A stretch of 64,000 bases of DNA from positions 9,548,001-9,612,000 of the forward strand of contig CM068757.1 of the NCBI GenBank assembly GCA_035084275.1, written 5' to 3'. The DNA comes from Hydrolagus colliei. Lineage: Eukaryota. How positions within the stretch are numbered: the stretch's first letter is position 1; the number at the start of each line of letters is the position of its first letter. The notes under the pieces are model-generated. The model saw nothing but the letters and a program-made list of their open reading frames with translations. It did not search any database and was not told the origin of the DNA. The translations under genes and the position numbers were made by a program. Below, piece after piece: positions 12,901 to 24,110 of this stretch.

Positions 12901-15900
12901 TTTTCTCTTGTATTTATTTGGGGAAAAATTTAGAACTTTATTATTCATTTGAATTATTAAATTATTAATTTGTTGAAAGGCCAGTGTTCACTCTGTCTGA
13001 GGGCAGCTATTGTATGTTACTGGAGGCTCAGACAGGCTGTGTGCTAATGATATAGTTTAACATCACTCTACACCTCCAGCCTGGTGCCCTCTGCCATGAC
13101 ATGCAGGCTTTTCACTTGTTTCTGTGGATTTTGTTTCTAGTTTGTTTCTGACACGGACATAGACTAGAAATGTGGCTGTCTATAGCACACAGGTGTATCC
13201 CACAAATATTCCCGAATTGAGTGACCAGATTATTATATTTGTTCAGCTGTTATGTCCTGCAGAGAGTGATTGGCCAATCCACGAACCATCTAACATCTGC
13301 TTACTGCTGGGTAAACAGAAGCATGTGGAATAAGGAAATTTTTGCCCTGTGGAAGAATCTACCCTGAGGTTAGATTGAGAGGCGAGTGCTCTAACCAATA
13401 TGCTACAGCACTCCAATGATAATCCTTGCATTGTGGTACAGCTCCTTATGATGTCTTCATTAGATTCACTGTGAAATGGAGTAACTGTGTATTTGTAGGC
13501 AAATATGGCAGTACAATTGATAATGTCTCACAAGCAGCCATGCTGATAATGTCTCACAAGCAGTGGTCAATTGTATTTGTGGTGGGGGGGATGGGAGGGG
13601 GGGTGGATTGATGGCCAGGACACGGGGAGATCTCCCTTCTCTTTTCGAATACAGGTAGTGCCCACTTAACGAAGGGGTTGGGGACTTCGAAACTCCTCGT
13701 TAAGCGAAAATTTCATTAGGCGGGAGGGAGTTCGCTACTGTGTTTCTGTAAATGAAGAAAATCAGTTTCGTTCCCAGTAATGCCTTGCGCGTAGCCTAGC
13801 GCCTAGCGCTACTAATTGCGGTGTACCAACGACGCCATAAGGTAGGTAGAACTGCTATTGAAGGCTGCTATTGAAGAGAGAGACTGTGAGTGAGATTGTG
13901 ACAGTGAGAGACTCAGAGAGAGAGAAAGAGAGAGAGAGAAAGAGAAAGAGAGAGAGAGACTGGGACGGAGAGAGAAATAGAGAGGGAGAGAGAGAGAGAG
14001 CGACCGAGACAGACAGAGGGAGAGAAAGAGACACAGAGAGAGAGACTGAGACAGAGAGAGAGAGAGAGAGCGTGATCGAGACAGACGGAGAGACAGAAAG
14101 AGACCATGGAGAGAGACTGGGACAGAGAGAGAAATAGAGAGCGAGAGAGCGCATGACCGAGACAGACAGAGAGAGAGAGAGAAAGGGACACAGAGAGAGA
14201 AAGAGACACAGAGGGAGACTGAGACAGAGAGAGAGAGACTGAGAAAGAGAGAGACAGAGAGAGGGAGAAACAGACAGACAGAGAGAGAGAATGTACCTTG
14301 TATCGCTTTTGGAAACGATCAAGCCGCCCGCTGCTAGCAGCAAAAGTCTCCGCTGGCTTTTTCAGAGTAGCGTCATATAGTTGCCTAGCATCCTGCCGCT
14401 TAACCTCCTCCCATACTACACTGCTTTCTCTTGGATTAGGTGGCATGCTGAACTAAGTGTGTGTATGTATGTAGCTTCCTCGACTGAGACTGCGCTTGTG
14501 TTGCGGAGGCTGCCGGGAGACGAGAAGCGCGTGCAATTTAAACTTTCTTTATAGTGAGCGCAGCCTTCGCTAAGCGCATGGGGGAGTACAAATAGAAACC
14601 ATCTTTATAGTGAAGCTTCATTAACAGGGCGTGTGTTAAGCGGGGGCTGCCTGTAGTGACACAGGATTCCTTAACATCCACCTGTGGAGGCAGATAGGAC
14701 TTTGGTTTAAAATCTCTGTGGGACGTGTCTGTCGTGTGAAGGAACAGCCTCAATACTGTCAGCACATCGTGCATGTATTGTAAAGACTAGTGTAAAGAGT
14801 AACAGTGTGAATATTTTACAGGATGTGTAGTTGTGCCTGGGGGCAGCTCTGTTGCAGGTTGATGGGGACGTGATGGGCTCTGTGGTCAGGGTCCAGCTTA
14901 ACACCAGCCTGCAACATCGTCTGCTGTCCTCAGCAATAGTGTGCAGCTCTGGATGTCTGAAGCGTTGCTGCAGATTTAGATTGTAAATTGTGTGTGAAGC
15001 AATGTGTGAGGCAGTGTCGTGTGTCCTGTAGCTGGAATATAATCTTGACATGCTGCTTGTGATTGTTTTATAGACTCTCCCACAATTACTGAAGTCAATA
15101 TACCCTCTGATATTAAACACGGAGCCCAAACCACTCTGAGTTGGTCAGTGACTGGGTTCAATCCACGGCCCATTGGAATTACTGTATTGCTGAAGAGAGA
15201 ACGGGAGCAGAACGCACGGCTGCTGTTTTGTTGGCAGACAACAGAGAAAACACAAGCAGAAAGAAAGAAGTCAGTGAAGATTCCAGGAAGCTCTGACATT
15301 AACGATGTATCCATCACTTCAAAGGAGGCAACGATTGAACGGGAGACAACTGGGAATTTCAGTGTGAAGTGCAGTGTTACCATGGTTGCTGATGTATTGC
15401 GGGACAATGGTGCCGAGTTCATTATTCAAGTTGAACATCAGACTATTCTTGGGAAACCTCTCATCAAATCTGTACCACTACATGTTAAAGGGGGTAAGTG
15501 CTGCCTCTGTCTGGTCTCCTATCTCTCCCTCACACATCATTGTAGAAATATTGAGGTGAAGAGTGGCTTTATTCACGGCTCCACACTCACATGGTCAAAG
15601 GGGATTTATTATATTTTACGCAGTAAATAATTGGTGATTTCTGACAAATATGTAATATTATAATATAATATTGAAACCATTGTATAGGCATAAATATGGG
15701 TATGAGCTCAGAGCATGTAGCATCTCTTGTCAGAAGGTTGTGGGATCGCATCACATCAGGACCTGAACTTACAGTCTGGCATGACACTGTGCAGTGTGTG
15801 CTGGGGGAGGTGCCGTCTTTTGGTTGAGGTGTTGAACCGCTGTCCCGTCTGCCTGTTCAGCTAAACGTTAAAATTCCTACAGCACGATCAAAAAGAGAAG

Positions 15901-18784
15901 GGAGTTTCTCCCATTGTCTTGGCCTCCATATATATCTCTCTGGCTGTGTGTGCGAATCTCTCTCTTTATGTCTCTCTATCGCTATATCTCTCATTATCTC
16001 GCTCACTCCCTCTTTCACTCTTCTTTTCTCTTGTATTTATTTTGGGAAAAATTTAGAACTTTATTATTCATTTGAATAATGAAATTATTAAATTATTAAT
16101 TTGTTGAAAGGCCAGTGTTCACCCTGTCTGAGGGCAGCTATTGTATGTTACTGGAGGCTCAGACAGCGTGTGTGGTAATGATATAGTTTAACATCACTCT
16201 ACACCTCCAGCCTGGTGCCCTCTGCCATGACATGCAGGCTTTTCACTTGTTTCTGTGAATTTTGTTTCTAGTTTGTTTCTGACACAGACATAGACTAGAA
16301 ATGTGGCTGTCTATAGCACACAGGTGTATCCCACAAATATTCCCCGATTGAGTGACCAGATTATTATATTTGTTTAGCTGTTATGTCCTGCAGAGAGTGA
16401 TTGGCCAATCCACGAACCATCTAACATCTGCTTACTGCTGGGTAAACAGAAGCATGTGGAATAAGGAAATTTTTGCCTTGTAGAAGAATCTACCCTGAGG
16501 TTAGATTGAGAGGCGAGTGCTCTAACCAATATGCTACAGGACTCCAATGATAAGCCTTGCATTGTGGTACAGCTCCTTATGATGTCTTCATTAGATTCAC
16601 TGTGAAATGGAGTAACTGTGTATTTGTAGGCAAATATGGCAGTACAATTGATAATGTCTCACAAGCAGCCCTGCTGATAATATCTCACAAGCAGTGGTCA
16701 ATTGTATGTGTGGTGGGGGGGATGGGAGGGGGGGTGGATTGATGGCCAGGACACGGGGAGATCTCCCTTCTCTTTTCGAATACAGGTAGTGCCCACTTAA
16801 CGAAGGGGTTGGGGACTTCGAAACTCCTCGTTAAGCGAAAATTTCATTAGGCGGGAGGGAGTTCGCTACTGTGTTTCTGTACATGAAGAAAATCAGTTTC
16901 GTTCCCAGTAATGCCTTGCGCGTAGCCTAGCGCCCAGCGCTACTAATTGCGGTGTACCAACGATGCCATAAGGTAGGTAGAACTGCTATTGAAGGCTGCT
17001 ATTGAAGAGAGAGACTGTGAGTGAGATTGTGACAGTGAGAGACTCAGAGAGAGAGAAAGAGAGAAAGAGAGAGAGAGAAAGAGAAAGAGAGAGAGAGAAA
17101 TAGAGAGGGAGAGAGAGAGAGAGCGACCGAGACAGACAGAGGGAGAGAAAGAGACACAGAGAGAGAGACTGGGTAAGAGAGAGAAATAGAGAGAGAGAGA
17201 GAGAGAGACTGAAACAAACAGCAGAGAGAAGGAGATACAAAGAGAGAGACTGGGACAGAGAGAGAAATAGAGAGAGACAGACAGTGCAACCGAGACAGAC
17301 AGAGAGAAAGAGATACAGAGAGAGAGAGACTGAGACAGAGAGAGAGAGAGAGAGAGCGTGATCGAGACAGACGGAGAGACAGAAAGAGACCAGGGAGAGA
17401 GACTGGGACAGAGAGAGAAATAGAGAGAGAGAGAGCGCATGACCGAGACAGACAGAGAGAGAGAGAGAAAGGGACACAGAGAGAGAAAGAGACACAGAGG
17501 GAGACTGAGACAGAGAGAGAGAGACTGAGAAAGAGAGAGACAGAGAGAGGGAGAAACAGACAGACAGAGAGAGAGAATGTACCTTGTATCGCTTTTGGAA
17601 ACGATCAAGCCGCGGCCGCTGCTAGCAGTAAAAGCCTCCGCTGGCTTTTTCACAGTAGCGTCATATAGTTGCCTAGCATCCTGCTGCTTAACCTCCTCCC
17701 ATACTGCACTGCTTTCTCTTGGATTAGGTGGCATGCTGAACTAAGTGTGTGTATGTATGTAGCTTCCTCGACTGAGACTGCGCTTGTGTTGCGGAGGCTG
17801 CCGGGAGACGAGAAGCGCGTGCAATTTAAACTTTCTTTATAGTGAGCGCAGCCTTCGCTAAGCGCATGGGGGGGTACAAATAGAAACCATCTTTATAGTG
17901 AAGCTTCATTAACAGGGCGTGTGTTAAGCGGGGGCTGCCTGTAGTGACACAGGATTCCTTAACATCCACCTGTGGAGGCAGATAGGACTTTGGTTTAAAA
18001 TCTCATCTGTAGGTCGTGTCTGTCATGGGAAGGAACAGCCTCAATACTGTCAGCACATCGTGCATGTATTGTAAAGACTAGTGTAAAGAGTAACAGTGTG
18101 AATAGTTTACAGGATGTGTAGTTGTGCCTGGGGGCAGCTCTGTTGCAGGTTGATGGGGACGTGATGGGCTCTGTGGTCAGGGTCCAGCTTAACACCAGCC
18201 TGCAACATCGTCTGCTGTCCTCAGCAATAGTGTGCAGCTCTGGATGTCTGAAGCTTTGCTGCAGATTTAGATTGTAAATTGTGTGTGAAGCAATGTGTGA
18301 GGCAGTGTCGTGTGTCCTGTAGCTGCAATATAATCTTGACATGCTGCTTGTGATTGTTTTATAGACTCTCCCACAATTACTGAAGTCAATATACCCTCTG
18401 ATATTAAACACGGAGCCCAAACCACTCTGAGCTGGTCAGTGACTGGGTTCAATCCACAGTCCATTGGAATTGCTGTATTGCTGAAGAGAGAACGGGAGCA
18501 GAACGCACAGCAGCTGTTTTGTTGGCAGACAACAGAGAAAACACAAGCAGAAATAAAGAAGTCACTGAAGATTCCAGGAAGCTCTGACATTAACGATGTC
18601 TCCATCACTTCGAAGGAGGCAACGATTGAACGGGAGACAACTGGGAATTTCCGTGTGAAGTGCAGCGTTACCATGGTTGCTGATATATTCCGGGACATTG
18701 GTGCCGAGTTCATTATTCAAGTTGAACATCAGACTATTCTTGGGAAACCTCTCATCAGATCTGTACCACTACATGTTAAAGGGG
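500..18784 (+). CDS. Gene A (partial, 5' end upstream of window): post-TM C1-derived Ig-domain exon array D2-D3-D4-D5-D6-D7a-D7b-D7c of an NCR3LG1-like gene
   Basis: Eight open exons with AG/GT boundaries, all phase 1-1. D2-D6 are collinear with, and near-identical to, exons D2-D6 of gene B; D7a-c match gene B D7. Confidence 0.8.
1792..2196 (+). CDS. Gene A exon D3, C1-derived Ig domain (APPIITEWPATPDMTHG...LSWAVTRFNP...)
   Basis: gttatag acceptor, donor t|gtaagt at 2197 (paralog has g|gtaagt); 405 nt, open. Confidence 0.85.
3175..3597 (+). CDS. Gene A exon D4, C1-derived Ig domain (VPPKITYTNQNKMKHG...LQWAVTGFTP...)
   Basis: ttttgtag acceptor, donor g|gtaggt; 423 nt, open. Confidence 0.85.
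5124..5555 (+). CDS. Gene A exon D5, C1-derived Ig domain (APPQINGPYPPG...VTCVVTGFTP...)
   Basis: tttgatag acceptor, donor g|gtaggt; 432 nt, open. Confidence 0.85.
6738..7148 (+). CDS. Gene A exon D6, C1-derived Ig domain (ASPTITKIQVPPNIKHG...LNWLVTGFHP...)
   Basis: ttttatag acceptor, donor g|gtaagt; 411 nt, open. Confidence 0.85.
7277..7969. mobile_element. Tc1/mariner-pogo type MITE, left end deleted; contains N gap 7544-7702
   Basis: Right TIR ...GCGCCTTATACGCGGAGATATACGG followed by TA; paralog of 56126-56768. Confidence 0.75.
10603..11514 (-). mobile_element. Tigger/pogo-like non-autonomous element with internal (GA)n-type microsatellite, copy 1
   Basis: TA TSD; TIRs CAGGTAGTCCCCGCTTAAC / GTTAAGCGGGGGCTGCCTG; minus-strand remnant FTASSGRLDRFQKRY resembles the CENP-B/Tigger HTH motif FxASxGWLxRFKxR. 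Confidence 0.8.
11938..12357 (+). CDS. Gene A exon D7a, C1-derived Ig domain (DPPTITEVNIPSDIKHG...LSWSVTGFNP...)
   Basis: ttttgtag acceptor, donor g|gtaagt; 420 nt, open. Confidence 0.85.
13652..14653 (-). mobile_element. Tigger-like element, copy 2
   Basis: Same TIRs and TA TSD at the homologous site of unit 2. Confidence 0.8.
15074..15493 (+). CDS. Gene A exon D7b, tandem copy of D7
   Basis: ttttatag acceptor, donor g|gtaagt; 420 nt, open. Confidence 0.85.
16783..17941 (-). mobile_element. Tigger-like element, copy 3
   Basis: Same TIRs and TA TSD at the homologous site of unit 3; longer microsatellite. Confidence 0.8.
18365..18784 (+). CDS. Gene A exon D7c, tandem copy of D7
   Basis: ttttatag acceptor, donor g|gtaagt; 420 nt, open. 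Confidence 0.85.
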
Positions 18785-20088
18785 GTAAGTGCTGCCTCTG
18801 TCTGGTCTCCTATCTCTCCCTCACACATCACTGTAGAAATATTGAGGTGAAGAGTGGCTTTATTCACGGCTCCACACTCACATGGTCAAAGGGGATTTAT
18901 TATATTTTACGCAGTAAATAATTGGTGATTTCTGACAAATATGTAATATTATGGTAATGATATAGTTTAACATCACTCTACACCTCCATCCTGGTGCCCT
19001 CTGCCATGACATGCAGGCTTTTAACTTGTTTCTGTGGATTTTGTTTCTAGTTTGTGTCTGACACAGACATAGGCTAGAAATGTGGCTGTCTATAGCACAC
19101 AGGTGTATCCCACAAATATTCCCGGATTGAGTGACCAGATTATTTGTTGAGCTGTTATGTCCTGCAGAGAGTGATTGGCCAATCCACGAACCATCTAACA
19201 TCTGCTTACTGCTGGGTAAACAGAAGCATGTGGAATAAGGAAATTTTTGCCTTGTAGAAGAATCTACCCTGAGGTTAGATTGAGAGGCGAGTGCTCTAGC
19301 ATGTGGATTAGGTGTTGAGCCTTTCAGACCAGAAGCCCCAAGTTTCAAGCGCTGGTCTGGTAGCCGATCTGAGCTGTATGGGACAGAAGCTGTGCTGCTC
19401 CATTTGGTTTCTGGGACCCTATGTGTGCAGAGTCTGACGTCGTTCACAATCTGGACTGAAATGTGAGAAACCCAGTGATTAAGGGAGAAAATTATTAAAG
19501 CTCATCTTACGATCAGCAACGTAGATATCTCTCACCTTTCAGATATTGGGCAGATCAGATATGATAATAATAACTGTTGCATTTGGGTATAATGCCTTAT
19601 ATCTGAAGGATGGCTTAAAGTTCTTAATTTAGTGTGAAATGGATTGATTGATTGTGTATTTGAAGCCATACTCGGCAGCACAATTGCATACAGCAAAGTC
19701 CCACAAACATTCATGGAATGAGTGAGCAATTTTATTCGGTGGAATAATTATAGACCAAGACATCAGAAGGATTCCCTTCTCTCTTCGAATATTCCTGTGA
19801 GATCTTTAACATCCACTTGAACACGCAGACGGGACCTCGGTTTAACATCTCATCCAAAGGATGTTTCTCTTCAGCTGGGAGGGAACAGCTTTAATCCTAT
19901 CAACACATTATACAGAGAATATAAAGATTTTGAGCAAATTATACAGGACAGAATTACTATAGCGTGCTGTGCTTATGTATCAGCCTGGCCCAGTTGGTAG
20001 CACTCTTGTCTCTCTGTGTCAGAAGATAATGGTTGACCCTCTCAGTGCAGTGCTGCTGCAATGTTTACAACATGTTTTCATTTGATAA

Positions 20089-20170
20089 TTCCTCCTGAAA
20101 ATACCCAGGGTGTGTCTGTGAGACCATAGTGTCCTGTTACTATATATGTCACTCCGGGGACATATAGGAT
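20089..20170 (+). pseudogene. Decayed remnant of a D5-type exon
   Basis: Flank 19300-20088 resembles the D5 upstream intron (4690-5123). Acceptor tttgatag is mutated to tttgataa. The following ttcctcctgaaaat...gtcactccgggga aligns loosely to the D5 start. Confidence 0.55.
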
Positions 20171-21200
20171 GTTTCAAAAGTCTTTACTGGGGTGATTCTG
20201 AGCCCGTGCTTTGAGGGATGTGACAGCTGAGAAAGAAAGGGGGGCAGATGAGATTGAAAATAAAGGTCTAAAAGGCAAATCTACATGATCGTAATCTCTC
20301 CTTTATCGTATTTTCTCTCATTTATTAACAAATTCACAGAATGGCAGGGACAGGATTCACATTGAAGCCACCCCAGAACATCAGAGATCAGTCCTCTGGT
20401 CTATCGTTTAATCTTTTTTGCTAATTCGATAAATAACATAGATAAAAAGTTTGAGAAAAAAAACTTTAAAATTCTTAATTGTCTTTTTACACAGCTGTGA
20501 AACTGAAGATATAGGATGTTATATATAAAGTTAAAAATTAAATGATACAGAGCAACAAACAGAAGCTTCAGTGTATATTTGTGCATGTGTTAGAGTCAGA
20601 AGAGAGAGTGTGTATGTGAGTGAGGGAGAGTGTGTTTATAGACAAGTGAGAGATCGTGAAGGAGCCTGGGAATGAAACAGTAAGAGAGTGAATGGAAGAG
20701 AGAGCTCAGGCGGGAAGAGATAGAAGGACTGACATAGAGAGGTACTGTTTCACGCAGATAATAACTGTATCCATAAAACACACGCATTGCTAGTCAGAGT
20801 TGGGAAGTCACAGAGAGAATGGAAATGAGAGTTAAAGAGTGAATGAAAGAGAGAATGGGGAGGGAGGGCTAGAGAGAGTAATCAAAGTGCATCTCTTGAG
20901 TGGTATTGTCGATATCTCTCCTTTCGGATATGGGGCAGATCAGATCTCTGTAGCTGGGAAGCTCTCCCTACCACTAACTCAGACTCACCCATAATATCTG
21001 CCATCCGGCTACCTCCCTCTTCCCCTTCTCTCTTATTCAGGGTTGTACCCCATCCCTGAAAGCACTTTGGAGGTATTTACCTGTGTGAAGGACACATTAA
21101 TCATGTTAATTTATTGTTGTTCAATTTTGAGTATATTAATATTGTTTTCTCAATATTAATCCTTTCTGAATAACTTTCTCGCAAATTGTTTCCATTTCAG

Positions 21201-21235
21201 AGCCAACAACAGCAGCTGGTTCAGAAGGGCAGTGA
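21201..21235 (+). CDS. Candidate terminal coding exon of gene A (EPTTAAGSEGQ*)
   Basis: tttccatttcag acceptor; phase-1 reading gives 11 codons then TGA; AATAAA 87 nt downstream. No homology support available. Confidence 0.35.
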
Positions 21236-21321
21236 CTGAACATTACCAGTAGATCAACAACAGGGTAACTAGCTATGTCACTTGCTGTCTTCCAGCTCTC
21301 TCCAGTCACTTTGTTAATTAA

Positions 21322-21327
21322 AATAAA
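21322..21327 (+). terminator. Candidate polyadenylation signal AATAAA
   Basis: Canonical hexamer downstream of the candidate terminal exon, in an AT-rich context. Confidence 0.3.
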
Positions 21328-23889
21328 CTTTATTGATAAAATTAAGAGCTATGATGATGTGTTTGGGGATTAGAATGTGTTGTTTGGGTGATTAATATTT
21401 AGGAAATTCCTTTGCTTTAGATGGTGCAAATAATCGGTCTCCCAGGTCGCAGACACGTGGCATCCCAGGAAAGCATGATGGCCGGTCTAACCTCTCGTCA
21501 CACAAATACTGAGTGTTCGCTACAGCCACTGTCATCATCTCAGCTTTCAATTCTGACAACCACAATGTGAATATTGATCAGCTTTGTCAGTCGCTGAACA
21601 GCGATTAGTAATGTGTCCATTTTTCAGAAATATAAAGAATCTCTGAAATGGTAATTTGTTAAGACCTAAGGCTTAAAGTGGCGATGCTCTGCTTGTATCT
21701 CTTGATTAAGACGCTCGCATATTAATTTTGTTTTTGACTAAGGTGCTTCGGTTGGATGTTTCCCAGATTCCCGCTCTGAGTCAGTCAAATGATTCCCAAA
21801 CCATAATACCTGTGAAGTGGGCACAGTGCTGTCCAGGGACATGCTGCCGGGTTGTCGGCGGATCTGGCTTTGTGACTGTGGCTTCCTTTCAATCCTGAGC
21901 ATAAATTGGATCAACTTCCACATATATGCTTGGGACGTCATCCTGATGAGAAAGGCACTCTATAAATGTAATTGTGTTGTTGTTGTTTTGTTGTGACTGC
22001 ACTGCACTCTCCTGGTTTGTGTCCTACATAACTAACAGCCATCACTTGTCTCTGCAAATTATTTTTCCTATTGTCACCTGTGACGTACACCAAGGTTTCA
22101 TCTTTGGTCCCCTACTTTTCTTTGTATATATGCTCTGCAGAGATTGGATCAACTTCCACATGTATGTTACTTCTCCTCCAGCTGCAACTCCAGGTCCACC
22201 AGTGTATGCAGGTTGCTGCTGTTTAATCCATAAAGCCATGGGTTTTGACAGCATGTGTGGTTTAGTGGCTTGACCTGGATTCATTTCTTGAAACAGTGGG
22301 CCCTTTTGTGTCATGTTATTTAGATGAGATATTAAACCCTCTTTGTACTTGTGCAGATGGCAAGAAGTTGGCTACAATGCTGTATTTTACTGTCATCTTG
22401 ACTGGTGTTTTATTATTATGTATTATTATTGTATTATTATGTAGTACTATTACGTAAATATATAATTTTAAGCCAATTTTTGGTGTGGAAGCTGCACTTC
22501 TTTATCCAAGTCTCTTGTTCACCAATGTGGTCAAGAAGCAGTGAGTGGGAGAAGGAATGTTTTATGATAGTTTTTGTGCTATAAACCAGTGGTGGTGTTG
22601 CAGCTTGTGAGTTGAAGAAAATGTAAAGTAAGTAAGTATAAAGATATCTGTCGTAGCTGCTGCACTTCATGCAGGACAGTCGAAAGATAAAGAAACAATA
22701 ATACTCCCAAGAAGAAGAAAGAAACACAAGTTTTGCTGTGGTAAAATACCTTTCTGTATCTCACACATTGCTGTATACCGTATAAACTTTTCTTAAAAGG
22801 TTTTCTGTGAGCTTGATTATCTCCGTGTCCATAAACATAACAAGACTTAATGTCAAAACAGGTCAATCGTTTCAATTCAATGAAACATAAATAAATGAAA
22901 CTAAGGGAAGCAGCAGTGGGAGTTGCAGAAATGAAAAGGGTAGGAATCATATTCTGCTTGTCAAACAGTGAAGCTTTTGGGGCGTGGGAGGTCAGTCTGA
23001 TGTCCAACACATATTGAAACCCACCACCAGGCTTAGGAGTAACTGTGATTTCTACACATTCTATCTGTATGGAAATCCCAGAGATAGATTGTTGTAACGC
23101 CATGCACACTGTCTCCCTGGAGGGATGCATTCTGCTCAACTAATTCTGGAAAGTATGAGGCGCAGATGGGGAAGAGCCATTCTATGGGGAACATGCGTTG
23201 GGGTAACTGCTGGAGTTTAACCAGCTAAAGCCAGCATAGCTTGCCATTGATATTGCTGCCTGGCAAGCTTTCTCACAACATATCCAGCTAGGACCACCAT
23301 ACCGGATAATAGCCAAGCCTTTACATACCCCAGAGTGGACACACGTAAAGCAAAAATATGAATAATAAATTGGTCACTAAATCCCTTACTGTTTGTGGGA
23401 CATTATTTGTGTGCAATTGGCTGTCACGTTTTGCCCACAATATATATAATCAATATATATATGTAAATGTGAGATGCCTTGTATATCAAATTCAACGATT
23501 ATTATGACATATTGTATGGAATGTAACTATCCCCAAAACCAGGCCTGGCATCTCTCTGAGCCACTGGTGATCTTCAGACAGTTTGTTGGATGGGAAGGAC
23601 CTGCGCCTGCGCCTGTCTGGGTTGGGCACTGATCAAGGAGCCTCTTTAAGGAAGGAATGTCACTGATTGTGTGAGTCTCCGGACAAGCGATGCCTGGAGC
23701 CCAGAAAGGAGTCTTTGCTTCAAGTGCAAATGAACAGTGATGTTTCAGGGCTGTGACTGGGTGTTGGCAGAAGCCAGAACAACACGAGGGGAATGTCAGG
23801 GCTGTGTGTGCTGTGGTCACACGCATCCCTGAGTCTATTGCTGGGGTGTCTGATCTCACCGGCAGGTAAAGTGTGTCAGCGAGACGGCC

Positions 23890-24110
23890 AGAGGTGTCCA
23901 AGCCAGAGGGTAGAGCAGCCTCCCTGCTCCGCTGTGTGTTAACGAGAGTCGCTGAAATGAGATTCATTATCACTCTGGAAATTGAACCTGCCAGAGGGTA
24001 GAGCAGCCTCCCCGCTCCCTTTGTAACATGAACAGCCGGAGTAGCCCCGCTGTGTGTTAATGAGAGTCGCTGCAATGGGCTTTGTTATCACTCTGGAAAC
24101 TGAACCCGAT
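23890..24110. repeat. Short local tandem duplication (about 2 units of 90-120 bp), followed by a CA-rich low-complexity tract to about 24290
   Basis: ccagagggtagagcagcctcccc...ccgctgtgtgttaa.gagagtcgctg...ttatcactctggaaa.tgaacc occurs twice. Confidence 0.7.

Larger units (their letters stand above)
1..13283 (+). repeat. Segmental duplication, copy A (paralogous to 48910-64000)
   Basis: Position 1 aligns to about 48910 and the window end aligns to about 13283; exons, introns and old repeats are collinear. Confidence 0.9.
9420..19290 (+). repeat. Tandem array of three 3.1-3.3 kb D7 units plus a partial fourth
   Basis: Exon starts at 11938, 15074 and 18365 (spacing 3136 and 3291); introns near-identical between units. 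Confidence 0.9.

Noticed and set aside
500-18784. Immunoglobulin or TCR constant-region locus
   Set aside because: No J segments or heptamer-nonamer RSS pairs were found. The domains lack the canonical cysteines, and the upstream V has a leader and B7-H6 features rather than those of a rearranging V.
9420-19290. CRISPR-like or satellite array
   Set aside because: The units are kilobase exon+intron duplications in eukaryotic DNA, with no short repeat-spacer structure.
22579-23139. 186-aa minus-strand ORF
   Set aside because: No recognisable motif or splice context; cannot be supported without a search.
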